Below the pieces are notes generated by a model, which saw only the letters and a list, made by a program, of their open reading frames with translations, did not search any database and had not been told where the DNA came from. DNA of 64,000 nucleotides from positions 47,740,001-47,804,000 of the forward strand of contig NC_135664.1 in NCBI RefSeq assembly GCF_964188315.1, in the 5' to 3' direction. Positions 1 through 13,202 of this stretch are shown here, in pieces (the stretch's first letter is position 1; each line of letters starts with the position of its first letter). Source of the DNA: Podarcis muralis. Its lineage: Eukaryota. Made by a program: the position numbers and the translations under genes.

Positions 1-286
1 TAAGATAAATTGATGTCTGGATTAGCCCCTTGTCAGAGTGAGTCTGGTAGACCTCATTGGGAAGAAAATTCCATTGGGAAGGCACGACCACTGGTAAGGT
101 TCTGTTCTTTATAGATGACAGCTTAGCCACCAACCAAATTAGGGCCTCAGCGAAAGATTGAAGGCTGTGGGAATGTTTGCATGGAAGCAGGTATTTTAGC
201 ACACCCTTGGATTTGGTTAAGACTTGGGTAGGCTGCTGAGCAGATTAGGAATAATGAGGATGAAAAACACTCACTCTCTCGTTTTT

Positions 287-502
287 GTTACAGATAGGTA
301 GCCGTGTTGGTCTGTCATAGTCAAAACAAAAAAAATTCCTTCCAGTAGCACCTTAAAGACCAACTAAGTTAGTTCTTGGTATGAGCTTTCGTGTGCATGC
401 ACACTTCTTCAGATACCTGAAGAAGTGTGCATGCACACGAAAGCTCATACCAAGAACTAACTTAGTTGGTCTTTAAGGTGCTACTGGAAGGAATTTTTTT
501 TG
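287..502. mobile_element. Penelope-like element terminal fragment: minus-strand copy 287-416 plus inverted partial copy 417-502
   Basis: Near-identical to the copy at 19060-19193; carries a hammerhead core; resembles the recalled reptile Penelope end ...agaccaacacggctacc. Confidence 0.75.
378..417 (-). ncRNA. Minimal type I hammerhead ribozyme motif (PLE family A)
   Basis: Minus strand reads GGUAU CUGAAGA A GUGUG-CAUG-CACAC GAAA GC UC/AUACC: full core, 5-bp stem I, 5-bp stem II and palindromic AGCU stem III. Confidence 0.7.
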
Positions 503-2214
503 ATTTTTCCCTTGTTTTTGTTAGCTTCTGACCTACAGAATTGGAGTGTCCTGAAATAAAAGCCATCTCTTAACAACGTATTTGACAAGTCTGAGATTGG
601 GAAGGAGATTGTGGCGTAATCGTTGCAGGCAGGCTGAGTGCAAATCTTGCTGTTGTAATTTTTGGCTGGTGGAACCTCTCTGTTCCCATAAGGGGGGGAA
701 ATGGCATGCTCCACCCTCTTCTCTCGCAACCAAAAGAGCAAAACAAAAATGATTTATTTAAAAAATAAAATAGGGTTGTGTGCAGCACTTAAGCAATTTC
801 TTGTTTTGGTGGCAGCTAAATTTAGCTCCACCCATGTCAACATTTAATTAAATGAGAAATATAATGGCACCCTGTGTGTCGTAGTCCCTGTGTGGTTTAA
901 TTTGCTAGTGAATCTTTTTTTCTTCATTCAGAGTGTGTGAGTTAATTGATAAACCAAATGGGATTTTAAAAAATATTTCCAAAAGTATAATTGCATGCTT
1001 CATTGAAGAGGAGGGCACCTGAAGAGAGGGAGCAGGTGGGACTGATTGTGGGACCTAACAAAAAGAAGCCAGTTGATTGTTTGCTTGCTTGTAAATGGTT
1101 TCACTGCAGAAATAATAATATGCACATTGTTTTGATGGCAGTGGCAAGAGTCCTAGGATACAAGGTATGTGAACAAGAGCTACTCCGTCAGAAGGATACC
1201 TCGGTGCTAGGAGAATTGTGGTGTTTACAGTGCTTGCAAAGCTACTGCGCTTTTGCTGCCAGTGGGGAAAAAATGGGGTGTTCCATACATTTCTGGGGTA
1301 CATCAGCATGGTGTGTCTGCAGTCTTGTCAATCATTGATCCATGATGTTGCTGGCTCCCTCTTTTGTGTATGTTGTCCTCGGCCCTTATTGCTGCCCATT
1401 CTGATCCACACTCCTGAGGTGTGCAACCAGTTGCATCTTCCTGAGAAGTGTCCCGGCATGATGAATGTGTCTCTTTCACACTTATAAAATGCAATGTGTG
1501 AAGTTCCAGTTTTTTTTACCCTGTGTAGCTAGGGTTAGATAATTTCCTTGTCCAGTGCCGACCTAAGAATTCCTGGCTAAATTGAGATTGTAATCTAGTT
1601 ATTTATTTAGGTTCATGCATTATCTGCTTGACCAAATTTAGCACCTTGGGCTGTGTTTTTTTTAGTAATTGTGGGCAAACTGGTGAGCCACTTACATGTA
1701 TTCAGATCTCTGCTTGTGGCCTCTGATGCATCCTTTTAGGAATGGCTTCTTTACATGGATGGTATCCCAACACTTTAAATGTCTCTTATGGCTGTGGTAT
1801 ATTTATTGCAGCTGATACACGGCTTATGATGAATGTGCTAAAGCCTTCACTGCATCAAACAGCCTCTGTGCTTTCCATGCCATTTGAGGCTGAAAAGTGC
1901 AAACAAACATTTAGCTAATAAAAGCCAACTGTTTGTTTATACTTTTCACATTCGGAAGGCTCCATCCGGTGAGTAGTTCATCACCTGAGGTTTTGAATGT
2001 GTTTTTTTTAATCAAATGCTTGCTTTGGCTTGAGGGTCTTAATCTCCTCCTAGCTTGACTAATTATAAAACAAAAGATTTGCCTCAAGTTCTTAAGGTGG
2101 ATCTGCTACACAATATTAAAAAGGCTAGCACCATAAACTTTTTTTGTGAATTTAAGGGTGTTTCACCCAGGTCATGCGGAATGGAGATCCAGTGTGAAGT
2201 GAGATTAAGAAGTG

Positions 2215-2370
2215 TGTCAATAGGACCAAGGGCACATGGAGTTCAAATTGCTTCCCAGCCATAGCTTGATGGGTGACCTTGGGCCAGTCATGTTGCACCC
2301 ACCCAATCTACCTCACAGGGCTGTTGTGTGCATAAAACAGGGGAGGGGAAAGAACTGCCCTAAGCTTCTT
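2215..2370 (+). mobile_element. CORE/MIR-like SINE (Squam2-type)
   Basis: gggtgaccttgggccagtca...ctacctcacagggctgttgtg CORE motif. Confidence 0.58.
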
Positions 2371-2496
2371 GGATGATGATGATGATGATGGTGATGATAT
2401 TTACACCCTGCCCATTTGGCGCTGTTTTCCCAGGATGGATGAGATAGAAATGTACTAAATAAATAATCATCCCCTCCCCTCTTTGTTTTCTTGCAG

Positions 2497-2607
2497 GTGC
2501 CAATATTGCCACTGGGGAAGAGGTAGCCATTAAGTTGGAATGTGTGAAAACCAAGCACCCGCAGCTCCACATCGAAAGCAAATTTTACAAGATGATGCAG
2601 GGAGGAG
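2497..2607 (+). CDS. CSNK1E: CSNK1E coding exon (G)[36 protein letters not shown], 111 nt
   Basis: ttgcag|GTGCC acceptor, GGAG|gtaaat donor; contains catalytic Lys38. Confidence 0.96.
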
Positions 2608-5578
2608 GTAAATTCAGCGAATAATGAAATACGAGTTGCTATGAGGTACAGTGGGGTTTGAATATTAAACCTTGGTGCCTGCTTCTTGGTGTCTCATAAG
2701 GGGTGTGTGTTTCTCTTCCCTCTTAGTGGGCATCCCTTCCATTAAGTGGTGTGGAGCAGAGGGCGACTATAATGTGATGGTGATGGAACTTCTGGGACCC
2801 AGCCTGGAGGACCTCTTCAACTTCTGCTCTCGCAAGTTCAGCCTCAAGACTGTTCTGCTCTTGGCAGATCAGATGGTGAGTTCTTATAATCTGTTCTTTA
2901 TGCTCACGTGTGCCTTTCTTCTCAGTTCCCTTCTTTGTAGCAGTAGTTCAAGATTTAATTATCCTAAATTATTACGCTTGAGTGGGGAATGGAGAAAATG
3001 TGCACAAAGGGTGTCTTGTTCTGCAAGAGCAGGAGAAGCATAAATCCTCATGTAGGAGAGATGGGGGGCATGTAGCGTATGTGCTATTGGCCAGTGCTGG
3101 AAGATGCTGAGGGCAATGGGGTGTGTTGCTAGAGTTGGTAGTTTGTGATGCACTTAGACATGGGTGCTCTGAGTACATGTTTACACACCCTCTTTGGCAG
3201 CAGCAGCAAGAAAATTCTTCTTCTGGCTCCCAAGTAAATGCATTTGAAATGTTCCTTTTGAAAACTTATTAAGCTCCAGAGGTCCTGTGATTAGGCCCAC
3301 ATTTTCACTTTCCTGCTACCGAAGGACAGAAAGTTGGGATTGAAAGAAAACTTCAGGTTCCCTGATTTCTCTTTGAGATAACATTGCCAGTTAGAGGAGA
3401 CTTCTGGTTAACCCTCTTTTGTGTATTTGGTTTGCTGTGTAGCTTGCAGTGCTATTAGTGGCCTTGGTTTCACCAATTTCTGTGTATATTCTCCTTCCTG
3501 GCACCATTTCCCAACCCATTTTCAGATCAGCCGTATCGAATACATTCATTCCAAGAATTTCATCCACCGAGATGTGAAGCCAGATAACTTTCTTATGGGG
3601 CTCGGCAAGAAGGGCAACCTTGTGTACATCATTGACTTCGGCCTGGCCAAGAAGTACCGAGATGCCCGCACTCACCAACACATCCCCTATCGGGAAAACA
3701 AAAACCTGACTGGCACAGCCCGCTATGCCTCTATAAATACTCACCTTGGAATTGGTAAGCTTGTTTTATACTTCCTTGTTACTATGGAGAACATGGTTAG
3801 GTGGAGAAAAGTTGTTGTGGCCTTCTATATGTTGCTGGACTCCCATCAGCCTGCATAGCCAGCGGGCAGGGATAATGAGAACCTTAGATCCACATGGTCT
3901 CCAGCTTTGCGGTAAACAGTAATCCATTTAATAGTAGTTATAGTTTTGCAAACTTGTGTAATAACTGCAAGGTACCACTGAACACTGAGCTGAGCTTTCT
4001 TGGTCTGCAATTGTGTGCTTTTTCGAAGTCCTGACATGGCCCAGACCAGGGGTCATTTAACCGGCCCACGAACCGCCCCCAAACCGAGCCGCCCGCTCGG
4101 CAAGTCTCTGCACGCTGCGCTAAACCAGCACAGCACAGAGACTCTCTTCTGTGGTGCCAGAAATTGCATCTGCACAGATGCCGGAAATTGTGGGCGCGCG
4201 CGCGATCCAGCCCACAGAGGGATCTCTCCTGGAGTGAACCTGCCCAGGTGAGGTAAACCTTGCCGACCCATTCCCCAGACGTATGAGGCCACCTTTTTTT
4301 GTACAGCAGGCCGAGGGCATTCTCTTACTTGGCTCCTTGCAGACTCCTTTGTGATGCTACTGGGTAATGTGTGAGCTAGCAACCTAATAACACTTAGCAA
4401 TGGAAGCCCATGGCATTAGTATCCAGTATGAGGTCTGTGTTTGAAACTTCAAATGGTGTAAACCATTCAGCTTTTCAAGCAATTGATTACTCAAATTTTA
4501 CACAATGAAAAGAATTCTAATGCGCTTTTTTGATACGTCATGTGAGGCAGTCTTTTTTGAAATGCCAAATAACTATTTTGAATGCCTTCCAGTGTTTGGA
4601 TAGAGCCAGGGAAATAATGTCAATGTCTCCCCACTCCCCCTCCCCCAAAAAGTGGCACAGGGGAAATGGACTAGCAGATCTCTGTACTCTTATGTAGGCT
4701 GGTCCTTCAAGAGTTCTAGAGGTCTTACTAGCCACACCCAGTTATTCAGGGAAAATGTTTTCTCTCTTAAGTTTTAGTTGATTGTGCTCATTAATCAAAG
4801 TTTGCAGCCCATCCTATGAACTTAGTCACAGTGTCCAACGGTTAGGCAGAACATTTTGTTCTATGCTGGTTGCCCTGTCTCAAAAAAGGAATTAAGAGAG
4901 CTGGGGAAGGCTTAAGGAGAGCACAACTGAAATGACCAGGAACTTGGAGGATTGGAGAACTTTTTCACCTTTAGTTTAGAGGGAAAGGATGGCTAAGGGG
5001 ACACAGGGGAGGATATAAAATCATGAATCATTTCGAGAGAATCTGATAATTTATATCTTTCAGAGTACTGATAATTTATATATTTCAGGTTCTTCAGGTT
5101 GCTAAAAATCCACCTAAGGTTAATTATGTTCATGCAATGCATAATTAACTTTGGATTAATTGCTCAGATGGCTTTTTTTTTGGGGGGGGAGGATTAGACA
5201 GACGTGTGGAGTCTTTGAATGGCAATCGGCTATGAAAGCTAAAAATGGTATTTCCTACCAACAAGGTATAACTGTTAACATCATGTTCTGCTTGGAAGCT
5301 TACGAGGGGCATCCTGCTGGACATTGGATCTGTAGTGTGGCTCAGAAAGGCAAGTTGTTGTGGGAAATTCCCATCCTCTGCTAGCCTTTAACTGTGCTGC
5401 TGAAGATGAAGGAATGCATAGCAGAACTGAAGTAACAGTAGAACATGTTTTTTGGGCCCTTTGGCAGTTTAAGCTTCTGGACAATTGGCCAGTGACCTGG
5501 TCAGCGCATGATTAAATGTCAAATGTTAAACAGTCTTAAAATTTATCTGCCACGATGACTTCCTTTTGCTGCCTTGCC

Positions 5579-5610
<32 letters not shown>

Positions 5611-8600
5611 TAGCTTATACCACATGCCTCAATACCTGCGGATGCCCCCCCCCCCCCCGGGAAATTGGAACGTGCAAATAATTTTTAGGCATGCAAATAA
5701 TTTTTTTATAGCTGCAGGAAAGACCTGCAGAATATCTTCCTCCCCATTGTGTTGAAAACAACAAAGCAGTAGTATTGCTGCGTGGAAGATTGGAGGATCC
5801 CAGTACTGTAAATATGTTCTGCATCACATTGAGATCAATAAGAGGGAAATGTTTCACGTGCTTTGTGTTTTGAGAGACATTTACTTGCATTTCCCTTAGT
5901 GAGTCTGTTTTTGGGTGATTGGAAGCGTGGGGAGTGGGCTTCACTCTTTCTTCCTTGAATAAGTGGCTGTTGTTGTTTATAGTGTTTGTTAACATATTTA
6001 CCAGCTGAGCAAAACTGACCCAATTCTGGACAGAATGTGTCTAGTACCAGTGTCCACTGGTAAGGGGGGACAATCCATTCTTCAGCTTTAAATAATCCTA
6101 ATAAGCTCCTAGGGAACAATGGAGTTCCCAGGAGTAGAGCTTTAAAATAGTATTATCATCCCCATCACTGGTCCCTTAAGAGTAATATTAGTTTTGGCTT
6201 TTTGTATGAAATTCTAGCTCATGGAGACTCTTAAAACGTGGAACCTTATAACTAGGGATTTGCTTTTGTCATCATGGCAAATTGTCTTCTTGCCATTTGG
6301 TTGGTTGCTGTGTTCTTTTGATAAAGTGCATCTGTAAGAATCTTACAGCGATGAGCTTCATCAGCAGTAGCCAACATGGTACCCTCAGATGTTGCTGGAC
6401 TTTAACTTGCATCATCACTGACCGTTGGCTGTACTGGCTGGGGCTGATGGGAGTTGTAGTCCAGCAACATCTGAAGGGCACCATGTTGGCTACCACAGTG
6501 TACATGCTCTGTAAAGGCTGAAATTTCAGACAGCTTGGTCTTTTTTAGATAGCAGTACAGTATGAAACAAAAAGCAAATTACTGTTTTTTAAATGGTATG
6601 GCGAGTCTTACACAACTATATTGTGAGGACTAGTTCTTATTACTGATTCAAACAGGAATCTGATAAAGAACTTTCCTAATAAATTAGTCATCCAGTTAGT
6701 TGCATGAATGTGAGAGACCAGTTGGTAGATGAGTATTGTTTGGGATGCTGTATATGCTCTTAAAAATCATTGGGGGTATTGGTAGAACAGGGTTGCTATT
6801 TGCATATATTTCTCTCTTATTTATTGCGTATATGCTCTGTGCTTTTCACATTGGAATTTTTCCTTCTCATTGTAAACCATTTTGGGTACCTTCTGTAGAA
6901 AAGCAGAATACAAATAAGAATCTTGAGTTGTGGTCTGTGGTACTTTATGAAAAGAGCTGGCAGACCACGGTTTGTGATCAGTCAGCAAACTAGAATCTGA
7001 AACCGTGGTTTGAAATTGTGGCTCATGCTGTTTTTTGGCATGCTGTGTCCCCTTTGGCCAACCATAGTTAAGGTCTCTGATCTGCCTCCAGAGGTCCTTA
7101 TGCCTGCAAATGGGGATGCTGAATAGATGGAAAATGAAATCAGATAGGCAGCCCAAACCATAGTTGTGAACCGCCCTGAGATCTGCGGATAAAGGGCCCC
7201 CACGCCCACCCACAAAACTGTGGTTAGTGCAAAGCAAGATTTGCCTGTTTTAAGTTGCCTGGATTGATAAAATGTGTGTTGGTCTTTATCTGTGCCTGTT
7301 GTGCAGGCCATGTGTACATGCAGCAAGATTAAGAAGTTTACAATTGTCATGCAGGTTGTGTACAACTTGCTGCGTGGTGTTTTTCGTGTAAGAATTTTTT
7401 CATGGCTGAGGGGTTCCTTAGTCAAGGTTCTTTCAGCAACGCTAACTGCTAGACTGTGTATGTAGTAGCCATGCATAAATCAGTCCCAGCTGCTGTTTGC
7501 ATGAATGGATCTTTTGGACTTGGCAAATAAGCAGCTAAAGTGTGTGTTTGCATGTTGATTGGAGGGACCTTAAGACTCAGCAGTCTGACTTGCATATTGC
7601 AATGCATGTTTTGACATTCCTCTTAGAAAGGCATACAACCATACTGTATAAACCTGACTGATCTAGATATTTCAACCTTAAACCTGCTGGAAATTCTGCT
7701 TTTTTGTTTTTCATTAAATGAGTGGCTTGTCTAATTCTTGCAAGGCTAAGTAATCAGAAGCTCTAAATTTAAAAAAAAATCTGCGGTGGGAGAAATCAGA
7801 CTCAGGAAGCTGTAAATCCGTAAGCTACATTGAGCATGCAGATTTTGGAAATGTATCTTTTATTTTTTATTATCTTTTGTTTTGATATTGTGGTACTGAA
7901 AGGCAGGGTGTAAAACACCTTCACTATTGCCACTTTACTATGCAGGAATTGTGTTTTACTTTAAATGCACAATTACAGTCAGAGTTCTTCATTTAAAGAA
8001 AAACAAGTTTAGTGACCAGAATCTCATGTTAGATTATGACACAATATTATGTGCAGTACTATGATCTATTTTGAGGCAGGCCTATCAACTTGGAAGCCCC
8101 TGGACCAAATGCAGCATGCCAGTCATAGATTGCTGGCGGTCTGGGGCTGGATAGTCGCGCCCCCAGGCTGACCCTCCGTGTTAACATAAACTCTGCACTA
8201 CTGAAACCTCGTAAATAAAATGGGCTTCAGGCACTTGTTGTACGCAAGGCCTAGTGGATGGTCTGAAGTCTTGTGAGGAGTCTAGGCAGGAGCTATAATT
8301 GGAGCCGGCAAAGCTTTTAAATGGACGTTTGACAAGTTTGCCATTATTCAGAGTCTAGAATTTTGTGCTTTAAAAATACCACCTTCTGAATTGGCAAATG
8401 TGGCTGGTTGACTTCATTTTGGCTGCCCAGCTTTAGCAGCGATTTTAATGAATGGACCTAGTACATTTTTATTCTGTAGTATACTTGTGTTTGATGTTTT
8501 AGGGAGGAGGGGGGAAATGCATTCTGTTGAACTTAATTTGGCTGCAGTATTCTAAATTTGAATGTGCAGTGCAGTGATTACAGTGTCCAGAGGACATGCT

Positions 8601-10018
8601 GGGTGTGTATCTATTCAAGCACTGAGTCGAGCGCTTCACCTGGACCTTGCAGGAAATATTACTAGGAGGAACAATTTGGAAAAGGCAGCTCTCTAGTCAG
8701 CATGGAGTCAAGCATTCCAGTCAACTTTCACATGCTCAAAATATGTCTTCCAGCATATCCTGCACCCTTTAGATCTCGAGATATATGAAACAGACACCAG
8801 AAGTGCCCAGGGAGATGGCCTGTAACAGACTTTGTCTAAATAGCTGGAGGAGAAGGGCATAAATATCTGAATGGTGATTCCTCCCCTCTCCTTGCTCCAG
8901 CTGGGCCCCAGAGCCTTCCTGCTGATCCTCCCTTGTAGCATCTATAGTTGATTTCATGCCAAAGTGTAAAGCATTATCCACACACTCCAGGTCAGGGAAT
9001 CAAAATTTACTGATTTCTCTGATTTTTAATGCCAGTCAGTAGCAGGCAGGATCAAGCCCCAAATTGGCGAGATGTTGCCTGATGCTGATGCTGCTTCTCC
9101 AGTGGGGTGTGGGTGGCGCAGGTGGCTGTGGCAGGGCAGGGCGGCACTTCCCCAAGTGGCAAAATGGTTAATCATGAGCCTGGGCCCCAAGCACTCCAAA
9201 GCTCCATTCTGATTTATGATTCAAAATAGCTTCTGGTGCTGCGGGAAGCAATGAAAAAGTAGGTGCACGCCTGCTTCTCATGGTTTTTTCCGCTGCCGTG
9301 GTGAAACCACCTACAGTGTCTGAGGCCAAGTCAATGTGAATAAGCATAAAACTTTTCAGAAGTTACATTAAAAACAAAAACAAAACCCTGCACCTCCCTG
9401 TTAATGTGTTTATTTAACATTGTTCTCACAGAGAGGATTCCACAGACAGTTGAACGCGTCTGTTCAGCTGAAGGAGCTGTATGACTTGAGTTGTGCCACA
9501 ACAAATTTATTAGCATCCTTTAATGTGCCTCAGGACTTTGGTCCTCTGCTGTAGCAAAAACAAACCAAAGGAGGCAAGCTTGTGTTTAGAATACAGGATA
9601 ACACAAAGTCTCCACCCAGGAGCCCAAAGGGTGCGCAGGTGCTGAAACTTCCCCTTGAGGCACCTCCCTGAACTCTGTTGCTTTTCTCTGAGGAGAGCTC
9701 TGGTGCTAGTCGTCAGCTCAGCTGGAAAAAAAAGTGCTGGGGTGAGTGGGGGAGAGGCTGTGGCAGGCTCAGGCTCAGGGTCCCCCTGCCAAATGAAGAA
9801 GGACCTTTTCGGGGAGAGTAGCATCCTGGCAAGGGGGCAACATTCCCAGGCACTATCCTGCTGGTCTCCTTTTGCACCAAGTAAAGGCCTTTGTGTTCAA
9901 CCAAGCCCTTTAAAAAAGTATTATGAAACCTGGACTATCTGTGTTTACCGCTTGGGGTGCGGTTGAAATGTTTGTTGTATTTTTCTTTATATTATGTACA
10001 CACACACACAGAGGGGGG

Positions 10019-10077
<59 letters not shown>

Positions 10078-13000
10078 CTGTCCAGGTAACATTGTTATGT
10101 TAGAAGGTGCATAGAAGATATATATGCATATAGATAGGTAGAAACACACAAACATACCTCTGTTTATATGACTGGGGCAACCCCACTTTTCAAGATTCAC
10201 ATTTCTGTTCCCTTTGCACCTAACAACTTTTTCACTTTTTTGTTTATAATTTTTTTATTCTGCCTCTCCACCAAATAGTGCTTAAGGCAGCTAACAGTGA
10301 TAAACTTGTTTGTTGGCTTGTTCATTTCGTTTGTGAATTGCTTCTCATGAAGCATCCCAAAGCACTTCAGCAATAAAAACAAATATAAGAAGAAGTTTCA
10401 AGTCCAATAGGGAGACACATTGGATTTTTAAAAATACCCAGTAGTTGGGGAGAAAGGTCTTTGGTGGGTCCTGAAAGGGTGATAGAGAAGACATGCCTGC
10501 CTTATATGAAACGCAAATGAGTTCCAAAAGATGTAAAATGCAAAATATGGGTACTTCTCTGGGGTTTGTGTGGTCTGTTTTTTTAAAAAGAAAAAGCTGC
10601 AAGCTGCTTTTCTCCTACTGTATTTCCCCCTGTATCTGTAAAAGTTTAGTAGTTTAATTTGTGGTGGCTTATAGCATTTTGTATGGTAGCGTTTGTTTTA
10701 GAATATTGGGTTTTGATTACTTATTTGTAACCTGCCTTTCTTCTAGGAAGCTCAGGGGAGGGCACACAATTCCCCTCCCTGCGTATTTTGTCCTCACAGT
10801 AACCCTGTGAGGTAGGATTGGCTGATAGTGTCTGGTCCAAAATCACCCAGTGAGCTTTGTGACTATGGGTGGATTAGAACCAGAATGGCTGTATGTACAG
10901 TACTTCACTTTGAGACAATGAAATCCTTTCTCCGTGATTAAAAATTCACTTGGGTCGTTACTGCTACTTAGCCGCAGCACGGGTGCCGAGGATAAAATTG
11001 GATCAAGATGCACTGTAACCTGCCTTGAACCCTTATAAGCTAGCTGAGTTGCTATTAGGGAATGCTGGAGAAATTAGTACAATAAGAAAACAGCTAAAGG
11101 GAATACTGTATCATTTTTCATACTGACAGTGTGATGAATATTGCTCAGACTGTATGCTAAATAGATCTTTTGGACAGGAAGCTCTTTTCTATACGGACAA
11201 ATCTTTCAGAGACGGAGCTTCTTCCGTAGTAACATCCCCCCCCCCCCCCCACGTTCCAGATACGATCCAAACAAGGAAATGGCACAGATACAGGGAAGAG
11301 AAATCCAGCCACAGTAGAAAGATATTTCGGCCAAATGCACGCTAGAGGCCAAGTAATAAAGGTCAGGGCCACAGTCCATCACAGTTAAGCATGCTTAAGC
11401 CCATTTGATATCAATGAGCTTAAGAGTGCTTACCTCTGTACTAGATTTTATTTTTCTTCTCCTCAGCTGTACACTGAAATATGAAAGGTTTCTGTTCTGT
11501 TCTTGTTTTTTACATTACTAGTGCTCTCTGATAATTTTTCAGCTATTCTGGCATACAGTGGGGTAAAAAGGCAGGGTCAACTGAAACTTTAGGTAGCAGG
11601 AAACATGAAAAAGCAGAAGGATAGACACCTGGTGCCACAAGGATCCACAAGAGGCAAAAACATATGTTTTGGTCATGTGTGTTTCTCTCTCTCTCTATTT
11701 ATATTATATATTTATATAAAAAATAGGGCAGGCAGACAGAAGTTATCCCTTTATCAACATACTGTGGTCTTGATGAAAATCACTTCCTTAAAGCTGCTAT
11801 TTGCATCAGGAGGGAGTTTGCATTTAGACGGCGGCTGCTATTTCAAAAAGACAGGCCAAACCCACATGCGTTAACATAACACACAGTTTCCCCCGCCCTG
11901 AAACCAGTGCTAAATGCGGGAGTGCCGTCCTTCTTAGAATCTGAGGAAGGACAAATCATATACAAAAGATAAGTTGAATTCTAAAAAGCATCTAGAATTG
12001 ATTTGTATCATCAGTTAGTACAGAGCTTTGTAAATAAGCTCAGAAAAGTTACAAGCCTTCTATACACACACACCAAATACACAGCCAATGGGCCTGCTAA
12101 GGGCTAGCAGAGGAGAGATGACTCTGTCCCCCTCCTCCAGCAGGCTGTTGCCTTGCTTTGATGGGAGTTGAGGAGATGGGTTTCTTCCTCTGGCCACCTG
12201 TTTGTTTTCTACTGGGCACCACCAACCTGATCCGTTGTCTGCATGCTATTCCTTGTCACCCATGGCTACTAGGCAAGTGCTTAAATACAAGCCTGATTAT
12301 ACATTTACTTTGGATTATTAACTTTGGCTTCTGTTGGTCATGGGGAAAGGTAACTATCGAAGCCTTGATTATAGGAAATCTTTGCCTACAGCAGTTTCCT
12401 CAGAATCTCTTCTTTGCAGTCTTGAGTGCCTACTTTTTCAAAAGAAAAAAGGAAGATAGCTGAAACTCCAAAGATCTTGAATTGTCTACCAGTTTCAGTA
12501 CCTCTTTTCCCTTCCATGGTTTTGTGCAACACATAGGCCTGCCTGGATCTCAGTCTTGCCACATACTTGCAGGACTCCGTCAGAGGGGATGAGCGCTGGG
12601 CCTGCTTTTTAAAATAATAAGTATAAACAAATCTTCATTTCTTGGCAGGATAAGCCAAATTCTCTGTTCTGTAGCTTGTCTGTATCATCACCTTGACTTT
12701 TCTGACGTAATGCAAGCTATTGCTGGAATAGCTCTGCTTCATGCATGTGTGTGCATCTGTTTCCAGAACAAAGTCGCCGTGATGACTTGGAGAGCTTGGG
12801 CTATGTGCTGATGTACTTTAACCTTGGCTCACTGCCTTGGCAAGGCCTGAAGGCTGCTACAAAGCGCCAGAAATATGAGCGCATCAGTGAGAAGAAGATG
12901 TCGACGCCCATCGAGGTGCTCTGCAAAGGCTACCCTTGTAAGTTCTTCCTTTGCATGCACAATTTGCACGTGCCCTTGCATCTCCTACACTTAGAGATTC

Positions 13001-13169
13001 GTTTCTCCATAAACATACTCAAATTTGTCTAGTTGCCATCATTGCATGTGCTCTGTGACCTTGCTACTTATTTAGGATCGAGATGAACGTTGTTCCTCTG
13101 ATTGCAAAATATTGGGTGAACAATCTGAGTGGCTGGGGAAGCCCAGCCAGATGGGCGGGCTACAAATAA

Positions 13170-13202
<33 letters not shown>

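Noticed and set aside
417-450. Active sense-strand hammerhead
   Set aside because: The core is intact, but the upstream bases (AUAC) cannot pair with the downstream AUAC to form stem I, and the segment is tied up in the 86-bp hairpin.
1-2496. First coding exon of CSNK1E ([25 protein letters not shown])
   Set aside because: No matching sequence was found in any frame; it must lie upstream of the window.
3721-3723. Clock-altering CK1-epsilon variants (tau R178, T44, S408)
   Set aside because: All are wild type in this sequence (CGC, ACC, AGT).
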